From: Callorhinchus milii
Lineage: Eukaryota
Reading direction: 5' to 3'
NCBI RefSeq assembly: GCF_018977255.1
Contig: NW_024704744.1
Coordinates: forward strand, 69,750,001 to 69,814,000
DNA: 64,000 nt
Shown piece by piece: positions 1-9,715 of the stretch. Within the stretch, counting starts at the first letter, position 1. Each line of letters begins with the position of its first letter. The notes beneath the pieces were generated by a model that was not told the DNA's origin, did no database searches, and was given only the letters and a program-made list of their open reading frames with translations. Both the position numbers and the translations under genes were made by a program.

Positions 1-252
1 ATTACTTGGAAATGAACTAAATGTTTTAGTATCTCATAAACAATGAAATGAGTAGCCAAATGATCAGAATTTTTAAGGTGAATTTAGTTAAGGAGGAAAC
101 ACAAGCCAAGATCCAAGATAATTGGAAGAAAAGCTTTTCTTTAAAATTGTATCAGGTGGGGACCCTTCACTTTTATCACAAGGCAGATGGAGCAAACTAA
201 TGACTTGAGCGAAAGAAGGATGATCTAGAAATAAAGAATATAATAAATAATA

Positions 253-561
253 TAATAACCCTTGGATTTAATATAGCGCTTTTCACGTCTTCTAGATATC
301 TCAAAGTGCTTCACAGAATATGCTGTAAAGTGAATTGACTGTATATTTGTGGGCGAAACGTGGCAGCCAATTGCACACAGCAGTGTCCCACAAACAGTCG
401 TGGATTGAAAATGACCAATTTATTATTGTTTTTGGTTTTGGAGGGATTATTATTAGGTGCGTGGAGTAAGGAAACTTGCCCAAGGTTTCGCGCTGCCTGG
501 AATTTTTCTCAGGTCTCTCGCTTGCAAAGCGAGTGCTCTAACCACTGAGCTACAGGACTCC
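253..561 (-). mobile_element. tRNA-Ala-derived SINE with Deu-like central domain and L2-derived 3' tail (young family)
   Basis: Reverse complement of the element at 1873-2200: head GGAGTCCTGTAGCTCAGTGGTTAGAGCACTCGCTTTGCAAG, core GTGGGACACTGCTGTGTGCAATTGGCTGCC, (TTA)n tail. Confidence 0.85.
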
Positions 562-602
562 CATGTCCTGTACGACTGTATCCAATATGACTATTTAATA
601 TA

Positions 603-770
603 CAGTAAACTCCTGATAACTTGGACCCGGTTTAACTTGTCGCTACCACTTGCGTCATCATGCTATCAATATTCCTGCCAGAATTATTTATACATATGCC
701 TCACTCACCAATGGATAACTCATCACTGAGCCCTTTTCCCTTGAGGTAACAAGTTATCAGGATTTAACTC
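603..770. mobile_element. Non-autonomous Tc1/mariner-superfamily (pogo/Tigger-like) MITE, copy 1
   Basis: TA|CAGTAAACTCCTGATAACTTG ... CAAGTTATCAGGATTTAACTC|TA: imperfect terminal inverted repeats with TA on both sides. Related copies at 35013 and 38405. Confidence 0.65.
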
Positions 771-1047
771 TAGATTAATCCTTACATTTGGTATAGGGCC
801 TTTCACATCAAGAGGATGTCTCAAAGTGCCTCACAGGATATACTGTAAAGTGGATCAACTGTGTGTTTTTAGTATGGCCAACTGTGGCGAACTCTTGATA
901 AAAAAAACATTACAATTGGCTATTTCCATCTCACAAATTGTTAGAATATCTGTCACTCCGCTACAGCTCAGAGTAATATAAGGCACGAAGGCTATCGTTA
1001 CAGAATACAACAGTTAGTAGAGGTGTATATGGAGTAATAATACATAC

Positions 1048-1315
1048 CGGAAGGTATCCATTTCTGACACTTTTCACAGTAATAAGACATTTCCTCTGGC
1101 CAGGACACTTCTGCTTCGTCACCAAGCTCACTGTTCAACGAATCGCCGCTCTGATCATGAGACAAGTCCACCGAGGCCTGGTCCTCAGACTCCACGATCA
1201 GCAGCGTTTCCCCTTCAACCTCTCCTTCTTCCAGGCCCTCAGAAGCCATCATCCTTGGACTTTCTTCCACCAATGGGTGACTGCCCAAGCCTACTACCTC
1301 CCCATTATCTTCCAT
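1048..1315 (-). CDS. KAT14: KAT14/CSRP2BP (ATAC complex acetyltransferase subunit), first coding exon; gene continues beyond window start
   Basis: ATG at 1315. Translation contains SEGLEEGEVEGETLLIVESEDQASVDLSHDQSGDSLNS...YYCEKCQKWIP, matching the recalled vertebrate CSRP2BP N-terminus. Donor G|GTATGT at 1047. Confidence 0.93.
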
Positions 1316-1452
1316 CAAGACAACTCTCTTTGTACTCGAGAGTCAATTCTAACTGTTAGATTTTCCCTATTCCTAATTAACTCTTTCCACCGTTCTGGAG
1401 GAAAAAATATTAATCTATTAAACACTCAAAACAACAAAGAGTTTAAAAAGAA

Positions 1453-1614
1453 TCAAAAATCAGATTTATGCTTCTCAGATTTCTGGATGCTCTCAGATGC
1501 CACTCGATCTGCTTCCAGCTGGTTTGTCAGAATAATTTGTTCTTCCAACAGTCGAAGATTCTTTTTTTTATGCTCTTGTCGTTCAAGATCTCGGAATACT
1601 CCTTCTCGCAATTT
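1453..1614 (-). CDS. PET117: PET117 cytochrome c oxidase assembly factor, coding exon 2
   Basis: Acceptor TTTTCTTTCTGTAG at 1615. KLREGVFRDLERQEHKKKNLRLLEEQIILTNQLEADR...SDF*, similar to human RLRDGVIRDIERQIRKKENIRLLGEQIILTEQLEAER. Phase 0 matches exon 1. Confidence 0.93.
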   Translation of the reverse strand, partial: KLREGVFRDLERQEHKKKNLRLLEEQIILTNQLEADRVASESIQKSEKHKSDF

Positions 1615-1684
1615 CTACAGAAAGAAAATACAATTGGAGGGTTAACGTAATTTTTTAAGTTATAGATGTTCCATAAAAATAGCT

Positions 1685-1825
1685 CCCATGATGGCTCAGT
1701 GACATTATCACATGAACCACTGAACCATTAAGGTCAGAAAGGCTCTACGTTCAGTTCCCAGTCTGTGCCGATTCAGTGATTCTCAGCTGCTGGGGATGTA
1801 GTGGGGCTGCAACTGACTTGACTCT
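1685..1825 (+). mobile_element. Old tRNA-headed SINE-like dispersed repeat (family not named)
   Basis: GATGGCTCAGTG...GTTCAGTTCCCAGTCTGTGC head. Diverged opposite-strand relatives appear near 15160-15360, 23020-23220, 30060-30290, 31870-32110 and 56030-56300. Confidence 0.4.
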
Positions 1826-1872
1826 GTTAATCAAGGAAATTAAATTAAACAGGGTTCCAACTCCTCCTCATC

Positions 1873-2200
1873 GGAGTCCTGTAGCTCAGTGGTTAGAGCA
1901 CTCGCTTTGCAAGTGAGAGACCCGAGTTCAATTCCAGGCAGGTCAGGGCGAAACCTTGGGCAAGTTTCCTTACTCCACACAGAGCCTAATAATAATCCCT
2001 CCAAAACCAAAAACAATAATAAATTGGTCATTTTCAATCTACGACTGTTTGTGGGACATTGCTGTGCGCAATTGGCTGCCGCGTTCGCCCACAAATATAC
2101 AGTCAATTCACTTTACAGTGTGTTCTGTGAAGCGCTTTGGGACGTCCTCCCGACGTGAAAAGCGCTATATCAAATGCAAGGATTATTATTATTATTATTA
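1873..2200 (+). mobile_element. tRNA-Ala-derived Deu-domain SINE, full length
   Basis: Pol III A box (TAGCTCAGTGG) and B box (GTTCAATTCC), TGC anticodon-like loop, Deu-like core TTGTGGGACATTGCTGTGCGCAATTGGCTGCCGCGTT, L2-like tail and (TTA)n. Confidence 0.9.
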
Positions 2201-2224
2201 TCATGACGTGTGAGGGCAAAGTTA

Positions 2225-4159
2225 GGACCATATCAAATCCTACCGCTCCGCCTTCGTCTCTGCTAAATCGTCGTTCTACTCCAAGACAATCTTGGAGGCT
2301 AAGGACAACCCCAAGCTCCTCTTCTCCATCACAAACCGACTCCTCTGCCCACCCTCTCCCGCCTCATCCATCCTCACCTCAAATACCAACTGGGAGACGA
2401 TGCTGAACTTCCTCGAATCCAAAGTCGAGGGAGTCCGCTCAGCTGCCTCTGCCACTGCATCTGCTATACCCTCCCCATCTCCTCCTCCCACCCCTGCCCC
2501 TACCCATCCTTCCCTCCACACCTTTGAACCTATCTCCCCCTCCTCTCTCATCACCACTAAAACCTGCATGTAACCGACCACCTGTTCCCTCGACCCCATC
2601 CCCACCCTTTGCCTTACCTCCCAGCTCCACCTCCTTGTCCTTCTACTCACTGACATCATAAATCTCTCCCCATCTCCGGTATTGTTCCCACCCCATTGAA
2701 AACTGCTGTCATCACTTCTACCTTTAAAAAAACCCTCCCTGGACCCATTTCGAACCTCCCTTTCCTCTCCAAGGTCCTGAAACGAGTTGTTGCTTCCCAG
2801 TTTCGCTCCTTCCTCTCCCATCACTCCCTTCACGGGCCCCTCCAATCCGGTTTCCGTGCCACCCTCAGCACAGAAACAGCTCTGTCAAAGTGACAAATTA
2901 TATTCTGTCCATCTGCGACCAAGCCATCCTCTGCCTCGTCCTCCTTGACCTCTCTGCTGCCTTCGAGACCGTTGAACACTCTATCCTCATCCACCGCCTC
3001 TCCTCTCACCTCAACCTTCACAGCTCTGTCCTTAGTTTTCAGATCGTACCTCTCACACCGCCTCCACTTCATTCCCCACAGTTTCTCCTCTAGCCCCCGC
3101 AACATCTCATACAGCATTCCTCAGGGCTTTGTCCTTGGTCACCTTTACTTCAATATCTATATGCTCCCTCTTGGTGACATCATCTGCAGACATGGGGTCA
3201 ACTTCCACATGTATGCGGATGACACCCAACTCTACCTCTCTGTCTCCACCCTCGACTCCAGGACCACTGCTGTCCCGACAGAATGTCTGTCTGACATCAA
3301 GTCTTGGATGAGAGCTAATTTTCTTCAGTTGAACGTCAATAAGACCGAAGCTCTCCTGATGAGCTCCATTGGCGCCTTCTCACCTCAGGTGCTGACAGAA
3401 TCACCATCCGTGGTTGCACTCTCCACCTCACTGAGCCAGTCCGGAACTTTGGCGTCTTGTTTGACCCTCAACTATCCTTTCTACACATCTGCGTCATGAC
3501 CAATTCTGCCTTCCCCCACCTCCGCAACATCGCCCAGCTTCGCAACTGTCTCACACTGCAGGCTGCCGAAACCCTCATACATGCTTCCTCATACACTGAG
3601 GCTCGACTATGCAAACTCATTACTTGTCAACCTCCCCAACTCCTCCCTCCACAGGCTGCAGATCATCCAGAACTCTGCAGCCGCGTCCTCTCCCACACTA
3701 GGCTCCGTGACCCTATCACCCCCATCCTCGCCCGACTCCATTGGCACAGAGGATACAGTTCAAAATCCTGGTCCTCACCTTGAAAGCTCTCCATAGTCTT
3801 GCTCCCCCCTACCTCTACGACCTTCTAACCCCCCTACCATCCCGCTCGCTCCCTCCACTCAGTGGTCCCTGGCCTGTTTCACGTCCCCCTGCCTCGCTCG
3901 CCCCACTATTGGTGGGTGGGCCTTCTGCCACTCTGCCTCCACGCTCTGGAACGCCATCCTGCAGTCCCTCCACCTCGACTCCTCCTTTGCCTCCTTCAAG
4001 ACCCATCTCAAGACCCTCCTCTTGGACCGTGCTTTTGATCTCCCCCACCCGCCCTCCACCCTTCCCAACCCTGACCCCCAGCTCAGGTACAAAACTCTGT
4101 CTGTCCAGCGCCTTGGGACATCCTTCGAAAGGCGCTATACAAATATAATTTTGTTGTTG
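2225..4159 (+). mobile_element. L2-clade LINE, 5'-truncated and degenerate ORF2 (reverse transcriptase)
   Basis: Fragments PISNLPFLSKV, QSGFR..STETAL, LVLLDLSAAF, FHMYADDTQLY, RLDYANSLL with frameshifts. The 3' tail GGCGCTATACAAAT ends in (TTG)n. Confidence 0.9.
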
Positions 4160-4684
4160 GGCAAAATTTTTGGGGTCCCCTCTCAGAGTCAAACAATCAA
4201 CCATTGCTCGGTCAAGCCACTGAGAGCAGAAATATCAAGCAAGTTATAATCAACAACAACTTGTATTTGTACAGAACCCTTCATGCATAGTAGTGTGTCG
4301 GAGCCCTTAACAATGGCGGAGCCTTGACACCATTGTCAAGCGCTTCGAATCACTACCCTGCGTGAAGGGCGCTGTATAAATTAAACGCAAGTTGTTATTG
4401 GTTATAATCATCCCGCTCACCTAGTTCCTGAAAGTATTAGGGGCAGGTTGGCAAGAACCAAGGCTTGATGACCCCCGAGCGTGTTTTGGGGTATTCATGG
4501 GGTCCTAACGAGCTAAAACCCCAATAGCTTGCCATTGCTATTGCCGACTGGCAAGCTTTCCCGCTGCTTGTACCACCCTACCCTGCCCATTTGGGCTGCG
4601 GCGTGCAGGGCTGGCAGGAGCTGAGCGGGGTGACTGCCTGCCCCCAGTCACTGGTCTGCCCTTCCAGGTCCTGCCGATGAGCCA

Positions 4685-6938
4685 GGTTGGGCTGTGCTGT
4701 GTGTGCTGGGCTGTGTGTGCTGGGCTGGGCTGTGTGTGCTGGGCTGTGTGGGCTGTGCTGGGCTGCGTGTGCTGGGCTGCGTGTGCTGGGCTGTGTGTGC
4801 TGGGCTGGGCTGTGTGTGCTGGGCTGGGTGGGCTGGGCTGTGTGTGCTGGGCTGTGCTGGGCTGTGTGTGCTGGGCTGGGCTGTGTGTGCTGGGCTGGGC
4901 TGTGTGGGCTGGGCTGTGTGTGCTGGGCTGGGCTGTGTGTGCTGGGCTGGGCTGGGCTGTGTGGGCTGTGCTGGGCTGTGTGGGCTGGGCTGTGTGTGCT
5001 GGGCTGTGCTGGGCTGTGTGTGCTGGGCTGTGCTGGGCTGGGCTGTGTGTGCTGGGCTGGGCTGTGTGTGCTGTGCTGGGCTGTGTGTGCTGGGCTGGGC
5101 TGTGTGTGCTGTGCTGGGCTGTGTGTGCTGGGCTGGGCTGTGTGTGCTGGGCTGGGCTGTGTGTGCTGGGCTGTGTGTCCTGGGCTGTGTGTGCTGGGCT
5201 GGGCTGTGCTGGGCTGTGTGTGCTGTGCTGGGCTGTGTGTGCTGGGCTGTGTGTGCTGTGCTGGGCTGTGTGGGCTGTGTGTGCTGTGCTGGGCTGTGTG
5301 GGCTGTGTGTGCTGGGCTGTGTGTGCTGTGCTGGGCTGTGTGTGCTGGGCTGTGTGTGCTGGGCTGGGCTGTGTGTGCTGGGCTGTGTGTGCTGTGCTGG
5401 GCTGTGTGTGCTGGGCTGTGTGTGCTGGGCTGGGCTGTGTGTGCTGGGCTGTGTGTGCTGGGCTGTGTGTGCTGGGCTGTGTGTGCTGGGCTGTGTGTGC
5501 TGTGTGTGCTGTGCTGGGCTGTGTGTGCTGGGCTGTGTGTGCTGGGCTGTGTGTGCTGGGCTGTGTGTGCTGGGCTGGGCTGTGTGTGCTGGGCTGTGTG
5601 TGCTGTGCTGGGCTGTGTGTGCTGGGCTGTGTGTGCTGTGCTGGGCTGTGTGTGCTGTGTGTGCTGTGCTGTGTGTGCTGGGCTGTGTGGGCTGGGCTGT
5701 GTGGGCTGTGTGTGCTGGGCTGTGCTGGGCTGTGTGTGCTGGGCTGTGTGGGCTGTGTGTGCTGGGCTGTGTGGGCTGTGCTGGGCTGTCTGTGCTGGGC
5801 TGTGTGTGCTGTGCTGGGCTGTGTGTGCTGTGCTGGGCTGTGTGTGCTGTGCTGGGCTGTGTGTGCTGGGCTGGGCTGTGCTGGGCTGTGTGTGCTGGGC
5901 TGTGTGTGCTGTGCTGGGCTGTGTGTGCTGGGCTGTGTGTGCTGTGCTGGGCTGTGTGTGCTGTGTGTGCTGTGCTGTGTGTGCTGGGCTGTGTGGGCTG
6001 GGCTGTGTGGGCTGTGTGTGCTGTGTGTGCTGGGCTGTGTGTGCTGGGCTGTGTGTGCTGTGCTGGGCTGTGTGGGCTGTGCTGGGCTGTGTGTGCTGGG
6101 CTGTGTGTGCTGTGCTGGGCTGTGTGTGCTGTGTGTGCTGGGCTGGGCTGTGTGTGCTGTGCTGGGCTGTGTGTGCTGTGTGTGCTGGGCTGGGCTGTGT
6201 GTGCTGGGCTGGGCTGTGTGTGCTGTGTGTGCTGTGCTGGGCTGTGTGTGCTGGGCTGTGTGTGCTGTGCTGGGCTGTGTGTGCTGGGCTGGGCTGTGTG
6301 TGCTGGGCTGTGTGTGCTGTGCTGGGCTGTGTGTGCTGTGCTGGGCTGGGCTGTGTGTGCTGGGCTGTGTGTGCTGGGCTGTGTGTGCTGGGCTGGGCTG
6401 TGTGTGCTGGGCTGGGTGTGCTGTGCTGGGCTGTGTGTGCTGGGCTGGGTGGGCTGTGTGTGCTGTGTGTGCTGGGCTGTGTGTGCTGTGCTGGGCTGTG
6501 TGTGCTGGGCTGGGTGGGCTGTGTGTGCTGTGTGTGCTGGGCTGTGTGTGCTGTGCTGGGCTGTGTGTGCTGGGCTGGGTGGGCTGTGTGTGCTGTGTGT
6601 GCTGGGCTGGGCTGTGTGTGCTGGGCTGGGTGGGCTGTGTGTGCTGTGTGTGCTGGGCTGTGTGGGCTGTGCTGGGCTGTGTGTGCTGTGCTGGGCTGTG
6701 TGGGCTGGGCTGTGTGTGCTGTGTGTGCTGGGCTGGGCTGTGTGTGCTGTGCTGGGCTGTGTGTGCTGGGCTGTGTGGGCTGGGCTGTGTGGGCTGTGTG
6801 TGCTGGGCTGTGTGTGCTGTGTGTGCTGGGCTGTGTGTGCTGGGCTGTGTGTGCTGGGCTGGGCTGTGTGTGCTGTGCTGGGCTGTGTGTGCTGTGTGTG
6901 CTGGGCTGTGTGTGCTGGGCTGGGCTGTGTGGGCTGTC
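4685..6938. repeat. 2.25-kb minisatellite of GCTGG / GCTGT / GCTGTGTGT units in PET117 intron 1
   Basis: Read directly. The plus strand shows no A, which explains the five spurious ~800-aa ORFs in the track. Confidence 0.97.
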
Positions 6939-6939
6939 A

Positions 6940-7680
6940 GCAGCAGTGGCCCGCGGGCCCGCCTGGCTCGGGCACCGGGCCAGAGGCCGCCCACAGAGGG
7001 CTGGCTGGATTCCCACAGCCAGGCATGTCACCTTGGAGCCGGTTCAGCACCAAGGAGACCCCGCCGACCTCCCTCCCCCCCCCACACCCCCGGGCCTCGC
7101 TGACGGGGACACGGGGCGGGGCGGCTGCAGTGACCCCCGGCGGCACATTGACGGATTGGGGCCTAGACCTGCCCCCGCCGGGGATTCCCTGCCACGGTGT
7201 CCGGTGATGGTGGGGTGAGGGGAGAGACTGCAGCCGCGGGTCAGAGCAGCTGCCTCCCTCCCTCCCTCCCTCCCTCCCACCCTCCCTCACCCCACTCGCA
7301 GGCCGCGGGCCTCAGCGCACCGAGCGGCGGCTCCGTGTTCCCGAGGCCGCGACTGGAGGTCGCCGTGCGGCTCACTTTGAGCCGAGGCCTCGGTCGGTGC
7401 CTCCCCCCACCCCACCCCACCCCCGCGGGGAGCCCCAGCACCAACCTCCCTGTCCAGCTGCTGCCTCAGGTGGACCCCGGCCACCGTGCCCGCTGTCACC
7501 GCCACAGAGACGCCGAGGACCACCTTAGAGACGGCGGACATGATGCGAGCCCTGCCCGGTCACCATGGAGACCGGCGGGGGCAGGGCAACCAGGCACCGC
7601 CGCCCAGCGCAGAGACATCGATGCCAGACCCCCACCGCTCCACCGCCGAGCGCAGAGACACTGATGTAGAACTGCACCTC
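6940..7680. promoter_or_regulatory. CpG-island-like promoter / first-exon region of PET117-KAT14
   Basis: Very GC- and CpG-rich around the PET117 start. GC boxes GGGGCGGGGC near 7113. Confidence 0.7.
7446..7541 (-). CDS. PET117: PET117 coding exon 1
   Basis: MSAVSKVVLGVSVAVTAGTVAGVHLRQQLDRE versus human MSRSSKVVLGLSVLLTAATVAGVHVKQQWDQQ. 96 nt, donor GAG|GTTGGT at 7445. Confidence 0.93.
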
Positions 7681-7865
7681 CCAACTTTCTCCACACTTTC
7701 CCTGTGGTGGTAACCCCCATCTCCCCCTCTCCCCCTCTCCATAGATATATATATGTATATATATACATATATAAATAATACGGTCATTCAATCCACCATT
7801 GTTTGTGGGACACTGCTGTGACACGTGATATTGTTCCGCCCACAAAATACCGTCAATTCACTTTA

Positions 7866-9715
7866 CAACAACAACAACAACAACAACAGGATTCCATTTA
7901 TTGAGCGCCTTTCACGTCGGGAGGACGTCCCAAGGCGCTGCACAGTTGGGTCAGGACCTGAGCATTGGGGGGAAATGGTCAGGGTGAGGGGAGGGAGCGA
8001 GGAGGGGGTAGAGAGTTGAGAGGGGAGCTGAAGGCACGGTCAAAGAGAAAGGTCTTGAGACCGGCCTTGAAGGAGGAAAGGGAGGAGGCGGCGAAGGCAC
8101 TGGGGGATGGAGTTCCACAGCCTGGGGGCTGAGAGGCTGAAGGCCCGGCCACCGATGGTAGGGCGGTTGGGGCGGGGGACGTGGAGCAGACCGGAGCCAG
8201 AGGAACGGAGGGTACGGGCAGGTAGGTAGGGGGATAGTAGGTTGGAGAGGTAGGAGGGAGCAAGGCCGTGAATGGCCTTGTAGGTGAGGATGAAGATCTT
8301 GAAGTCAATCCTCTGGGGGATGGGGAGCCAGTGGAGGCGAGCGAGGGTGGGAGTGATATGGTCCCGAAGCCTGGTGCGGGACAGTACACGAGCTGCAGAG
8401 TTCTGAATGACCTGCAGCTTGTGGAAGGAGGTGGCGGGAAGGCCGGCGAGGAGAGAGTTCCCATAGTCCAGCCTTGAGGTGATAAAGGCGTGGACCAGAG
8501 TTTCAGCAGCGTGAGGGGTGAGGTAGTGCCATAGTCTGGTGATGTTTCGGAGGTGATGGAAGGCGGTGCCAGTTGTGGCGCGGATATGAGGGAGAAAGGA
8601 CAGCTCAGGGTCGAACAGAACCCCAAGGTTCCTGATGGCTTTGAGAGGTGGAGAGTGCAGCCTTGGATGCTGATGCTGTCAGTGCCTGAGGTGCGGAGGC
8701 ACTGACGTGAGCCAATCAGGAGGGCCTCAGTTTTGCGCACGTTGAGCTGAAGAAAGTTGTCTCTCGTCCAGGGAGCCCTGGTCGCAGATGGCCAAGATGT
8801 CATTAGTGACCTTGACCAGGGCAGTTTCCATGCTGGAGGGGTTCAAATAGTGAATGGGTGGAGAGGAAAGAGCGCAGCTGGGAGGCGACGACTCTTTCGA
8901 GAACCTTGGACAGGAAGGGGAGGTTGGAGATGGGCCGGTAGCTTTGATAGCTGGGCATCAAGGGAGAGTTTTTTCAGTGTAGGAGTGATGGTGTAGTTTT
9001 GAGGGGAATGGGAACAGAGCCAGAGGAGAGAGACAGGTTAATGGTGTCTGTGAGAAGTGGGGCAAGGAGGTGGAGCTGGGAGATAAGGAGTGGAGTGGGG
9101 ATGGGGTCCAGGGAGCAGGTGGTGGGTTTCAAGGACAAGATGAGGTTGGTGACAGAGGGTGGGGAAACTGGTTCGAAGGTGTGTAGGGGAGGATGGGTAG
9201 GAGTTGGAGTTTGGGAGGGAAGGGGTGGGGGGTGAGTGGAAGTTGGAGGGGCAGTGACCGCGGAGCGGATTCCCTTGATTTTGGATTCAAGGAAATCCAG
9301 CATCTCCTCGCAGTGAAGGTTGGAGGAGATGACCTGCGTGGGGGGGGGGCGGAGGAGTCGGGTTGTGGTAGAGAACAGAAACCTGGGGTTGTTCTTCGCC
9401 TCCAGGATTATCCTGGAGTAGAAGGATGACTTGGCCGAGGCTAGAGTGGAGCAGTAGGTTTTGAGGAGGTCCAGCCAGATTTGCCGATGGACCGTTAGGC
9501 CAGATTTGAGGCAGATTTGAGTTCAACGGCCCGCACCTGGCTCTTCAGCAAGCGGAGGTGGGTGGAGAACCAGGGGGAGAAGCGAGAGTAAGAGACAATG
9601 CGGGAGGTGATGGGGGCAAGAGTGTCGAGTGTGGAGGAGAGGGTGTTGTGGAGGAGGGTGAGAGCAGAAGAGGGGTCAGTGAGGGACGAAGACCAGAGGG
9701 AGAGGAGTTCAGAGG
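7866..9715 (-). mobile_element. L2 LINE fragment with an internal deletion of the RT core
   Basis: (AAC)n tail at 7866. NFLQLNVRKTEALLIGS and LDPIPTPLL motifs. Near 8770 the ICDQG region joins directly to SW.R.NFLQL, so the YADD segment is missing. Confidence 0.88.

Noticed and set aside
301-548. Recurrent small ORFs such as MGKFPYST... and ...[21 protein letters not shown]...
   Set aside because: They are translations of SINE copies, not a gene family.
1157-1650. Plus-strand ORFs of 162 and 60 aa
   Set aside because: Antisense shadows of the PET117 and KAT14 coding sequence.
1873-1945. tRNA-Ala(TGC) genes here and at 40904, 44339 and 58437
   Set aside because: Each continues into the same SINE body and L2 tail and lacks a proper acceptor stem and Pol III terminator, so these are SINE heads.
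2225-4159. Active retrotransposon or novel RT system
   Set aside because: All RT-bearing segments in the window are truncated, frameshifted L2 copies with no endonuclease domain or ORF1.
4685-6938. CRISPR array or immunoglobulin switch region
   Set aside because: There are no unique spacers, cas genes or Ig segments, and the context is a eukaryotic housekeeping-gene intron. The pentamer resemblance to switch repeats is probably coincidental.
4538-7218. Five ORFs of about 800 aa (Cys/Trp-rich or His/Gln/Pro-rich)
   Set aside because: They arise because the minisatellite lacks A on one strand and T on the other, so no stop codon can form. The region is intronic and the peptides are low-complexity.
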